Positions 34,715-47,500 of a DNA stretch of 64,000 nt are shown here, one piece after another (position 1 is the first letter of the stretch; every line of letters starts with the position of its first letter). The notes beneath the pieces are model-generated. The model saw only the letters and a program-made list of their open reading frames with translations. It was not told the origin of the DNA and ran no database searches. Location of the stretch: contig NEEC01000021.1 in assembly GCA_002189035.1 (NCBI GenBank), positions 372,001 to 436,000 of the forward strand, read 5' to 3'. The DNA comes from Utricularia gibba (lineage: Eukaryota > Plantae > Magnoliophyta). The translations under genes and the position numbers were made by a program.

Positions 34715-37700
34715 ATTATCTCTTTATTTTATTTATATATATTATTTATATGCTCAAAAAATTAATATATAAGTAGTATAATCAAAATTGATATACATAT
34801 GTTATTTAATCAAATAGTGGTTCATGTATACATTTAATGATAAATCTTGTATGCTATACTATCAAATACTTTATAATAATTATGAATTTGTATTCAAATT
34901 ATAAATAGTGCCATGGTGTGCCACTTTCGAGACGCATCACTGATGGTGTTATGAAGCATACACTTCTAAAGGGCTATCGTTGATGGCATTAATTTCTAAA
35001 GCATCATTAGTGATGGCATCATCAACATAGTGCTATTACTAATTGTGTATACTATTATTAATATATTATATTTATTAACCAATATTATTTATATTAATTT
35101 TTCATCAGACAAAGTTGGGTATTTATCCTTTTTAACTCAAGTAAAATAAATAATTATTAATAAAAATTAGTTGTCCCCGGCCCCATCGAGGGAAGTCCTT
35201 TACGGGCAGCTAAAGTGGGTAGGGATTGATTACACCTAAGTGAAAGGGAAAAGGGTGCTGCATCCTCATCACGATGTCCCCTTCCATCTGCTTCATGCAA
35301 GCCTTCGACTCATTCATGCGTCCTGCTTCCGCACTCCAACATGGCAGCAGAAGGGGTCCGGTGTCCGCATCTCGCTTCTGCACGCCCTTCTGCTCCACAA
35401 GTGTGATGATTATTAGAACACGACGACACGCCCATGACATCAGGAGGATATCCATGTTGTTGGGGAGTTTAACTGCTGCGAATTGAACCATTTAGACTTT
35501 GATGCTGGAAGATTGAAACGCTCTTATTCTAGTGGGTTTGAGAATGCAAAGACTCATGGCTTTCATCTGCATGAATACGATTTCTACATAGCTTATTAGA
35601 TCATGGGCAGTGTGACGTGATGAAATTAAAGATCTGATCGATCATACTAGTATAATGAAATCTAAATATATAAGAAACGTAGATCATATTAAAAAAGATT
35701 ATATCTAATTAATTATGATTGATAACAATCTTTTATATATTTGATTATTTCATTTTCATTTCTAAATATAAAATCATTTGTTCTAATACTTGCTCTCAAG
35801 TCGAGTTCGTTTTTTATCGGATTAATACTTTTTTTTGCATGATTGTAAGTAATACTTAGGTTATAATTCGATATGATTTTTATCATTTAAGCCCAATATA
35901 TCTCTTTTTATTATTTTTTTAATCTGAATTCAAACCATTACGAATTCTATCTTGATTACCCAAACCATATAACAATACAAACACTCTGATAACATGTTAA
36001 AATTAAAAATATGATGAATCAAGCAATTATACATAAAATCTAAATATACAAAAAAAAAAATGAATTATATAAGAAAGATTAAAACTAATCAATTACTAAT
36101 GATTTACAATTTATTATATATTTTAATTATTTTAATTTCAAGTATTGATATGAGATTGTTTGTTGTAATATGACTCACCCATGCTTGAAGCGTGTGGCAT
36201 CCTTATTCCTGCAGTTTGCAGAAACTTTGACTGAACATGAGGTTGAGAGGGGGATTTGTGACAGGATGATGAGACTACGTGAGTCAAGGATGCGTGGAGC
36301 TACTAAACCCATGGGAACGTGTGCTCCTCACGGGCCAACGTGCATCAAAACAGACATCATGATCGGAGACATAAGCGACGTCGCGTTTACGATCCTAGAG
36401 GAGAAAGCAACCATGAAACGTGGGAGTTGTTTGAATGACACACAGAGAGATAATGATAATGATGTGGGAAGACAAAGATGACACAGGGAGATGATGATTA
36501 TGATGCATGGGGATGCGGCTGGAGTGACCAGCCATGAAAAGAGAGTGCGAGAGCAGAATCATCATCTTTCCCCATTTTGTGTAACTTGTCAGCAGCAAGT
36601 GCTCATCTACCTTTTCAAAACACAAGTTTGTGATGACCAAATTGACATTGGATGGATTCTGTTGTGTCTATGATTTCACTTTACTACAATTTGGGCCATT
36701 ATAATTCAACTCAATCATAATATATTAAGTTTATCTTATACAATACGACATGCATGTTAGATAAGACGTCTTTTTTAACAAATTTAATATTATTTGCATT
36801 TCTTTTTACTTCACACTAATGGACGGCTTCATTGCCAATGATTTTCTTCCGTTTTGGGTTTTCACGTAAAACCGACATATCTTCCTTTACCCTTCTTATT
36901 TTTCGATCAAGCTTCCAAACACACCATCTTATAAAGTTTCGATATTAAATACATACGAACGCAAATGATCCTTATAGATTCAATGGAAAAATTTGTCAAC
37001 CTCCACCATTTTCATGATATGGTATAATTCTAAAGAAGTGGAATCGCATTTCTCCCTAGTAAAACATTTTAGCGTGATGGGGCGTTACCCATCAATTGAA
37101 CTGATATTATGGTGACATATGCAATCAACATTTATAAGACTATTAAAATTTGAATTGAATTTTAACATCTAAAAGTGTTCAAAATCAATTACAATTGGCG
37201 TTTGTAGTTATTTGGTGATTGGTGTGCTATTAGTCTGTCGCAGCTGGTTTGTAATGATGGTATCATGTGCTTTGTATGGTTTTTATTTGGGCGTGTCAAC
37301 TGCTTTTGTAACCTTCATGGGGCAACTGCATAGGCCTGTGGATTCTGGGTGCATTGTCCGCTTCCGTACTGACACGCCACGTGTCCTTGATTCATGCAAG
37401 CCCAAGTTCCCAGCCACGCCAAGCAAACGCAGCAGCCCACAACAAAGCTTCCCGCGTTGTCCAAGTGAGGGATAAAATGTCTAACTCTAAGCAATTTTAA
37501 AGATCTAGAAACCATAAAGATTGAATAATCAGAAGTAAAATCTAATGTCGAATAAATCTATTATTTTATACTTTACGTGTTGCTAGGACGTTATAATTAA
37601 GTTTATAAGTTTTGTGATATGAAAACCTAACATAAAACAAAAAATGTGTCCTATTTGGCTCAAATCAATTATTCACCTCAAGTTGTGAGATGTATTGAAA

Positions 37701-39239
37701 TTACGAATCGGATGGGTCATATTTAACTTGTCACCTCAAGTATAAAATAAATACAAATTATATTAAAAAATATTAGATCCAATAAAATATTAGTTAAAAA
37801 TGCATTACATGAACACAATGATTGTATTTAATTGATGAATAGCAAAATAACCAAATAAAAAAATTTTAAAATTCTTCATTTTCATTTTGACAATAAATTA
37901 TATTCATTAAAGTTTATAAACAATAATGTTTACATTAGATTGACATTCAAAATACAACTCATTTTAATTTTGGTTACTTTGAAAAGTAACTATCCTTTAA
38001 TTAAGTTATTTAAAAAGTAATCACGCTATTTTTTTATTTTAAAACTAACCATTTCTTTTAATTTATTTAATATTAATGACTATATATATTCAATTTTAAT
38101 TCAATTAATATTAATCTATATATTTTTTATTCGTTAATTATTTTTTACTTACATATATAAATAATAAAATATAATTACTTGTAAGTTTTAAAATATAAAT
38201 GATTATATTTTAAATATTTATTCAATATTCAATATATTTATAAGGAATCAATTTATTTTTTAATTTAAAAAAATTAATGAAAATGAATTTTAGATTAAGA
38301 TTTGAAATACTATTACATAAAAATATTTGTGTTTTGTAAAATTTAAAATTATTCAAAAACTATAAAATTAAATTTATTATACAATAATTTTGAAAATATA
38401 AATTAGTTATTATGAATGATAATATGAAATGGAATGAGATATAACACATATGTAGAGTGAAACATATATCCAAAAAACAAAAAATCCAAACTGAATAGAT
38501 TAATTATTTAAAGTTTAATTGGATAGTACGGTTGATAGATTTAACCGAAAAAATAGAAGTTTTGCCTTTTTAATATTTCTTGTTTTGATTGTTGAAGCAT
38601 TATATTGTTGTCTTAATTTTTTAATTTAATGAAAGTATCGAGTTATAACTACTTTGCAATCTCAATTTTTCATTTCATTACAGTTCTTTCAATTTATATT
38701 GGTTAATTGCAATCACAATAAAGGATTTATAAACAGTTAAACATTGCATTTAATAGTTAACAATATTAATATTAAAAATCGATTAGTCATACAGATATTA
38801 ACCGTTAAACCATCTAAACTACCAACTTCAACCCCTAAATATATTATTGTCTTTATTTTGATAAAGTAGCTAAACAATCAAAATAGTAGAATTTTATTTT
38901 TTTTCTTCCACATTAAAAAATCCTTTTAATTTATAATTAAAAAATCACTTTTTAATCAAATGCTAAGTAGTAGTTATTGGATCTTTATTCTTGTTTAAAA
39001 GAAAAACTAATAAGATATCAAATGTATTTTTATATCCCATATGTATTCTAAATCATTTATAACAAAATTATTTTATGAAGTAAAAAATATTGATTACCTA
39101 AATGGCTATCGTGTTTATAACAAGCTGTAAACATGTATACTTTTTCTTAACTTTATTATTTCATTATCTTCATTAAAACAAACAACTTCTTTTTCAATTT
39201 GTGGTGTTAATGGATTACATTATGATGTTAATATTTTTT

Positions 39240-39900
39240 ATTCAATTTAATGATTCTTTTTCATGTTATACATAGATGACCTTACAGTTCTGTCCCACTT
39301 AAAGACATTCATACTGAAGTATGTTCGAAAATTTCGAGGTATTCTTGTTGTATATATTCCTGCACTCTCAATTGGGTTCATCCACAATGAAGCTTACTCA
39401 ATATGCCTTTACCTAAAGTGTTTCCCTTCGCTCGAGCATGCTTACACCATGATCTAGGATACATAGTGATTGTGCTTGATATGATAGATCATCTCTCAAC
39501 GTGAATTCCCCTTCGCAAACCACGTCTTTGAGTCTCATCATACATTTTTTCAATTGTCATATATTAAAAACATTATGCATGCCTTGCATTCCCATGGACA
39601 GTACTAGCTGATATGCGACTGGTCCAACTCGTTCAGTGATTAAGTAGGGACCAAATCCAGTTTGCCCAAGTTGTGCCATCATGTGATCCTAGTTTACCCT
39701 ATGGTGGGTAATCTACCTTGCCATTGCTCCACATCTAATATCTCCCTCGAAGTTAATTCTTGATTTCCTCTCTAGATTCAATCATACTTCATGTCCTCGC
39801 ACGATTTCTATAACAAATTTTAGTCAAGATTCATGAGTAAGAGATCACTACTTATAGATTTTGATAATAAATAAGGTGAATGACAGCAACTCTTATGCTT
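39240..39900 (-). mobile_element. Ty3/gypsy chromovirus (Tekay-like) relic: integrase C-terminus, chromodomain, PPT and LTR start
   Basis: Minus frame reads GFGPYLITERVGPVAYQLVL...MHNVFNI*QLKK...DDLSYQAQSLCILDHGVSML...VKAY. It is followed by PPT-like taagtgggacagaac|TGTAAG, with the LTR starting at 39286. Confidence 0.8.
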
Positions 39901-40761
39901 ATAATTCAAGGGAAGCAATGATTTTTTCATGATCATACATTTTTGTAATGGACAGATGTTGACTTGGTATTTAAACTATTGAGTTATTAGTAATATTTGA
40001 GCACACACGTAATTTGATCATGAAAGCATTTGATAGTAAGATCTCTTATTTTCTCGATAGGCCAAGAGGGAGAATATGAGACAATTCTTATGAACTCTTT
40101 TAAGAGAATACAATCAATTTTGTATTTCTATAAATGAATACTTCAAAAAATTGAAGAATAGCGAAGTACATTGAACATACTTGAAAAGTATTCCAATTTT
40201 AGAAATAATTCATTTAATGAAGGTTTATCATTAGACTGTGTTGATGTTGTTTATATTACTAAATATATTTACAAAATCATGACTATTTGTATTTAATTTG
40301 AAACTGCATTTTTTTAATATTAAATTTTTATAATAAGTAGTCATATTACACTTTAACATATTGCACATTTTATTTTATTTTTTAACATTTGTTGTGTAAA
40401 CAATACTCAATAGTTGTGCTACTAAATTAAGAACACGACAAAATGCTGAAGCCCATTAAAGAGTGTGAAGTATGAAGCTCGAAATCCATTGAAAAGCCGA
40501 TGCAGCTCATGGACGAAGAAGAGGCCCAATTTTAGTTCGAATGAACCAAGTCAACTATCCGGAGTTTTATTTTGGGGTGTCGATTCGAGTTTTGTTTCTT
40601 GTGCGACATGTCGATTTGGGTTTTGGGAATCCCAGGTGATCCGATGCGAGGGGAAAAGGTAATTGTTGGGTTTCACTGAGGGGGGAATAATTCCACCATT
40701 GATCGAAAGTCCCCACCCATTTGAATACAAGGTGGGTTGATCCCCGCGTTGCCGTTTGAAG

Positions 40762-42354
40762 ATGAAATACAAGGATAAAAGAGGTTTAAGTATCAGAGCA
40801 AGGCTTGATCTGCCGATCGTGTGCTTGTTGTGTTTCTGCTTTTTTCTTGCTGGGCTGTTCGGGTCTATGATTTTATCTCAGGTTCAGTGATTGGTTTTTC
40901 GTTTGTGGGGTTTTGGCGCATCTTCGTGGATGATGTTTCTCCTGCAGGATTTTCACAAGGGCGGACCCAGAAGTACACTGATGGAAGAAGCTCTGTATGA
41001 TGAAGGTGATCCTACGTCGCACGGGAAGACTGGAGAAGGTTTCATCAGTTCGATCCCCTTTCAGGTTCTCCAGACTGTGTTGATTACGATTCCCTTAATC
41101 CTCTGATGAGTGAAGATTTTATCCCATTCCTTCAAGCAAAGACACCAGTTCACAGAAGTAATACAATGTGCTTCTCAATGACACTCTTTCGTGAACATGG
41201 CATGGCGCAGGTTTTGAGTTGGCAGCCTCGCGCGGTGTACTTCCCCAATTTCGCTACACCGGATCAGTGCAGAATCATAGTTCACGAGGCCAAGAATAAG
41301 CTTAAACCTTCAGGCCTTGCACTGCGCGAGGGGGAGACTGCTGAGAGCACCAAGGGCATTAGGACCAGGTATCTCAGCTTTCTCTACTTTGATCATGCAG
41401 GTTTTATCAGTTACCCTGTTGAAGAGTAACAGCTCTGTTCATGCCATAGTTCAGGCACGTTTCTGTCTGCATCGAACGACAAAACCGGAGTTTTGGAGTT
41501 CATTGAGCGGAAAATAGCTAGAGCAACCATGCTTCCCAGGAGCCATGGAGAGGCAGATCTCTCAACTTACATCCAGCTATTTCTTCACACCGCAATTTGG
41601 CAACTTAAAAAAAAAAAAAAGCTGTGCTCATGCATTCTGCAAATGAAACTCATATGGTGCTTCGAAGTAGTTGATTGTCTACTGCTGTGGATACTGACTT
41701 ATGCACATCACCATGGTATAGGCTTTCAATGTACTTCGGTATGACATTGGCCAGGGTTATGCTTCCCATTACGACTCCTTCAACCCTGCTGAGTACGGTC
41801 CGCAAAAGAGTCAGAGGGTTAGCTTCCTATCTCAACTTCTCATCACAAGTTCGCAGAAACCATTAGATTTGACCATGTAATACCCTTTTGCTTTGCTCCA
41901 TCTTACAGGTTGCATCTTTCTTGCTGTACTTGACTGATGTGGAGGAAGGGGGAGAGACCATGTTCCCATACGAGGTGAATGAACATGAATCTGGTAATAC
42001 TTATCAAGCCATTTATCTCAGCAAGTCCATCTGACTGAGACCACACGAGTGCTTGAATGCAGAATGGTTCTAATATGAACATAGGCTATGATTACAAAAG
42101 CTGCACTGGTTTAAAGATCAAGCCAAAAATGGGAGATGGGCTTCTGTTCTTCTCTTGTCATCCAAATGGAACTATAGATAAGGTTTGCTTGGAAGATCAG
42201 ATCTCACATTCGGTTTGCTTACGCAACTTCATCCCTGAAAAGGAAAACATGATGTGCTGTGTTGCAACAGACTTCCCTCCATGGAAGCTGCCCTGTTATC
42301 AAAGGAGAGAAATGGGTGGCCACGAAATGGATCAGAGACAATGGTCCAGTCTAG
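40762..42354 (+). CDS. P4H: Prolyl 4-hydroxylase (type II membrane-anchored, P4H9/P4H13-like)
   Basis: Exons 40762-40881, 40948-41064, 41211-41368, 41450-41552, 41722-41817, 41909-41974, 42063-42182 and 42271-42354. N-terminal TM segment, VLSWQPRA, the HxD motif SHYDSF, EEGGETMFP and SLHGSCPVIKGEKWVATKW. Intron 4 is GC-AG. Confidence 0.95.
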
Positions 42355-42662
42355 TCTCGGCCGGCGCAAAGCAACTGCAATACGTAAGAAATCTACATTC
42401 CCAACCGCCTAAACATCGACCGCTCAAACACTCACCCCTTCACTCATATCAGAACCATACCTTTTCGTCATGTAATGCCAACTTACGAAGGATTATGACA
42501 ACCGAAAAACAGATTACCAAACCATGAATGCGGTAGCAGTAATATGAATTCAGATCATGGAACAAGCTTGTAACAATGGAGCAATATCCTTTACTAAGAA
42601 GAACAACGACAAAACACAAAAAAGGAGACGCTTTGAATCGTCAATGATTCTCCAGGAAATCA

Positions 42663-43028
<366 letters not shown>

Positions 43029-43125
43029 GTTCAGATTCACCACCGCCGACTACCTCCTCTGCCTCTCCAAAGGTACCAAGAAAAAATGGCGACGCAGCTC
43101 GATTCTGGATTTATCTGCGTGGTCG

Positions 43126-43190
43126 AAACCCTAACAGCATCCACAATATTGGGCTGACTACTCAACTTGGGCCTTCTTTCCGGCCCATTC
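43126..43190. promoter_or_regulatory. Telo-box plus site II elements, RPS29 promoter
   Basis: AAACCCTAA at 43126-43134, with TGGGCT, TGGGCC and GGCCCA at about 43150-43187. This is the known module of plant ribosomal-protein promoters. Confidence 0.8.
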
Positions 43191-43489
43191 TCTTAAAATA
43201 GTAAGGCTTGCCACGTGGAGGGCTAATGGACATTCTATAATTATAAAAACCTTCAGTTTCATTACAGACAGTCATTACTCGACACGTGGAGGAGCCCTGA
43301 GAAAGTTCTCCAATTTCTTCCTGGACAGAGCCGCACGAAATACCAGCAAGAAAACTAATACACATCTACAAGATCGCTCTTTTTTCCTTCTTCTTCCTCC
43401 AAAGAGCTCCAGGCCTCCATCTAACAGCGAGTTACCTGTACATATACCTACAGACACTGATACACGTATATCACAGCACCTAATTACAA

Positions 43490-44508
43490 TCAGGAAGCGT
43501 AGGCTGCTACTGCTGCACACCCTTCTTCTTCTTCTTCGCCAGCCTTCTCCTGGCCAGCCATGTAGGTCATGTAGATTGTCCAGAGATATGCAAACGAGTT
43601 TACTGCAAGGGGCTGTCGAAAAAAGGAGGTGAGGAGGCTCTGCGGGCGATGTAAGTAACTCATGAACTGGGATAGATACCTGTAAATGAACCGGGATGTA
43701 CTTGAAGGTCAGGAAATCGCAAACTGGCCAGTACATGGCTCCATTAATCAATGTTGGAAGCAAGTCACGCTTCAGTCTAGAAGCGATTTCTCCGGCAGTT
43801 TCTCCTACATCCATCCATTCATGATAAGTGCTATGGTTTGAATTAATTCATCTCACACATGGTGATTCTGGGTTTAGAGTTCTCCAGTAGTACCTCTCAG
43901 AGCAGCGTTTACGGTGAAGAAGATGGCAGTCATCGCTGGCCCGTAGGTGGTCTGGCCCAGAGCCATTTTTCGGAGAGTCGACGAAAGATCGCACCTTGGG
44001 AAGATTCTCGACATGTAGTTGTACCAATAGTGCAATGAAGGACCCAGAATCAGCATCCCGTAACCCGCCATTCTCGTAGTTCTTGCCATATCGTACTCAT
44101 CCCCACCAAAGAGTTTCTGTGAGAAAAAGGATCACACAGTAAGCACACTCACGCACAAAAAGAGCTGGCCCATTTTGGCCTATCTCGTCGGAATACCTGC
44201 GAGGAAGCATCCGCGGCAGCGTAGATTAGAGACGAGGTGATGCTTTTTGTAACAATGGGCCGGGTCTTGAGGCAGTTCAGATACCACTCCAATAAACCGA
44301 ATTTCCGGAACGTTGCTCTGGCTGGGGAATTCCGATTCTCCAAGGTGGACTCCCGGAACGGAGATTGAACCCGTCTGGAATCGCGGAAATGTTCCCGGGA
44401 TCTATTCAGGGCGGGGCATTGGTCGAATTTCGAGAACTTGACGCTCCCGTTCCACAAAGAACGTTGAGTACTCGCGTGAACCAATTTCTTCAACAAGGCA
44501 GTCGCCAT
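43490..44508 (-). CDS. Mpv17/PMP22 (PXMP2/4) family membrane protein with a presequence-like N-terminus
   Basis: Exons 44197-44508, 43894-44116, 43680-43804 and 43490-43612. Motifs WYLNCLKTRPIVTKSITSSLIYAAAD, RTTRMAGYG, GPSLHYWY, KMALGQTTYGP, RLKRDLLPTLING, YWPVCDFLTFKYIPVHLQPLAVNSFAYLWTIYMTYMA. Confidence 0.95.
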
Positions 44509-47500
44509 GGAATCAAGCGACGGCGGAGACGATGAACTCTGGCACAGAAATGTGAAGTGGAAAAGCGATGCAAATTGGGGGATTTTCTATTGCTAGCGTG
44601 CAGTTCCCCAATTTTCCAGGATTCCCGACCCGCCAACACTTGCAATTGACACGCGGACACGTGCCTTGTATTCGTGAAAGCCCAATCCAAATTCTTTAAT
44701 TATAAAAAGAGTCACGAAAGGTCCCAATGGAAGACCTGCCCGTTATCCTGATTGCGGCCCGGTCCGGTAATAAAAAACGGCTTAGAAGTTAGAAATCAGA
44801 GTTATATGTGATGAGCTCACCAAGCTCCTCTCTTGATGCGGCAACTTCTACGAATTTTCTGAAATAAGACGCAGACATGTATGATTGAGCCAATAAAAAA
44901 AATGAAATACGCAATCATGATGACATTGAAGCTCAACTTCTAGCTTTTAATGAAAGTTCCATGGATTCAAACTTACAATACAACGGATAAAATTCTCGAG
45001 GCTTCAGAAGCTCTGATAATGTCAGATTCCAAACCAATGGTTATTTCTAAATGTTATAAATATGTGGCTGGGTTGTAATGTACATGCAATGGGTAGTAAC
45101 CCATTTACATGTTTTTTCTGAAGCAATATTGTTGCTGCATTTCTACATCAACACCTACAAAATATTCTTTGGTTCAATTCATTTCTATGCTTCCGCTTAT
45201 TTGATGTTTCACTGATGTGCAACACACCAGTGTACGGGATGTTACTATTTTTTAAAAAATATTTTATTTAAGATTTTAAAATGTTAGAATTTCAAATTTT
45301 TAACAATAAAAGATATGTTTAGATAATGCAACCTTAAACATTGAATTAAAATGAAGCATTGATTGAAGTATATTTGTGTAGGAAACATGTTTAGATAAAT
45401 TATTTCGAAGTTCACCTCTTTCAATAAATCATATTCCTCGAGTTTGAAGAAGCTCCTGCTGGATTTCTCATAGAATTATTGGTTTAGATCAATGTTATGA
45501 TTTAGCATGTTGCTAAAAAGTCCAAAAAGAATCTCAAGAAGTAACTCAACGAATATTGTCTTTGACTGGATAATAACTTTATGTTTATATAATTTTGATG
45601 CAAAATGAAAAATAATATCAAATTTTATGTGCAAACCTCAAAGGAAAAAAATCACAAGCGAAACATCATTCGTTAAACTTATTCAGGGAACTACGGTCAT
45701 AAATACAAGCTATAACCTCAAATCAACTCACACTCCTCATGTCTTAAAACCCAGTTCATATATGCATAGGTTTTGGTTGCTTCTTTAATGGAATAGATGG
45801 GCACCCTAATTTCTACTTGGGACTAGTTCACCTAATCCATTCTGTAGCCCCCTCGATCTTTAATTTTAGGATTTCTTTAGCCAAATTCTAGTGCATCAAC
45901 TACACGATACTCCTTTTGACAAACATGGAGCAATCATGTGGTTTGGTTGTTTATTTCAAAGATGGGTCATATTTGAGTTGACGACTTGTGATGAAAAAGA
46001 ATGATCATACTGACCCCAACTAGGATAATATCTTTTTATCTATTTCATTGAACAAAATAGATTCATAAATCTCACTTGATCTCAAATCAATGTTTTAACA
46101 GTTAAATGTAAACAAGTTTAACTACAAACTATTTAATACTCAAATAAACGATGGATCACATAAGAGACAAACCAAAAGTTCGTTCTAATGAAATTTTTCA
46201 TTTTTCATTTTTTCATTTTTCATTGATGGAATCCTTTGTCCTTCTAAAACATGACATTGGGTTCTTCTCAACCATAAATGATATAAATTCAGTTCAATTA
46301 CATAGGATCACATCAGAGAAAGAACCCCGTTGAGGCTTCAAAACACCCAACATATAACAAATTTTTGAATCCTATTAAATTTTCACCCATTACACTAACG
46401 CTTTATTTGGTGATAGAATTGTCGTGGATTCAAAACCTGATTATTGTGAGTTTCAGCTAGAGATACATACAATATTTTTGATTAACTAACTCATATGCGA
46501 TTTTAGCAATTTATATTTCTTGTCTAACTTGTGGTCATGTGATTACTCTTGATGTGAGTTCTTTGTTCATTTTGTTAATGGATGTTGTTAAATAGCACTT
46601 GTAATGATTATTTTATGTATTACTCATCACTTTGAACTGCATCATATTGGTGTTAGAGGAAGGGCCTGCAAATGGCTTTTATAAGGCTCTGAAAATACCA
46701 TACTCATCAGAACCCATGGAGGTGCTTGGTAACAGCTACAAGAATGTTGGTTTTATATTTATTAGTTTGTTTATCTTATCTCGATCAACTATTTTTACAT
46801 ATTTTGTTTCATCATTCATTATAATTATCTTTTAAATTAATTTTAAAGAACAATGTGATTGAAAATTTTTTTGTTTATGTTACCCAAAGTTGAGTTCAAT
46901 TTGTATTTGCTTTTGGGGTTTTTTCATTCATTTCAAAACCAGACTTTGTCAAGTTTTAACAACATGAGAGTTTTTGTTTTCCAATGATTTCCTTGCAAAT
47001 ACGTGCGATGATGCCATGATTGATATGAAAGATTTGGTCATTTAATCAGCAAAACACGAAAATCATTCAAAACAAAAAAAAAATTGAAAGATTTGCGTTC
47101 TTTTTCCAAAAATTTGTTCAATTTTTTAATATGATAAATTGTAGCAAACCCTTTTTCATTCTACTTCACCTAACGTGGGAAAAAAAAAAGACTTCCCATT
47201 CACATCAATTTAAGTGGACCATTTCTTGTTTCCTCATGTAAAAGTAGATATTATGTGATTTTTATTAATGATTTTTTTCTTATTTACTCAATTTATTTTT
47301 CCACTTATTGTGATTAGAATTTTTTTTCATATCCAAAAACAATTAATTTACATTATATTTGTGATTGATTTGTGTGAGACAAGATATTGTTGGCCAGAAA
47401 ACTCGAAAAATAAGTCTGATGTGCTGCTCAAATAATAGGCAAAGAAAATTTCAACTCTAAAAAAATCGAGGGTTATTGCTCCAATTGATTTAATATAAAG

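Noticed and set aside
34900-35030. catcactgatg-type short inverted repeats resembling CACTA subterminal repeats
   Set aside because: No CACTA terminus or TSD found; too short to support a call.
35170-35190. GTCCCCGG resembling RNase MRP CR-I
   Set aside because: Lacks the GAAA prefix, the CR-V motif and an upstream USE/TATA Pol III promoter.
35290-35490. Resemblances to the miR319 loop-proximal motif (gactcattcat) and to the DVL/RTFL motif (IRRISMLL)
   Set aside because: No mature miR159/319 sequence, and the RTFL consensus (YI.RRC..MLLCW) is not met.
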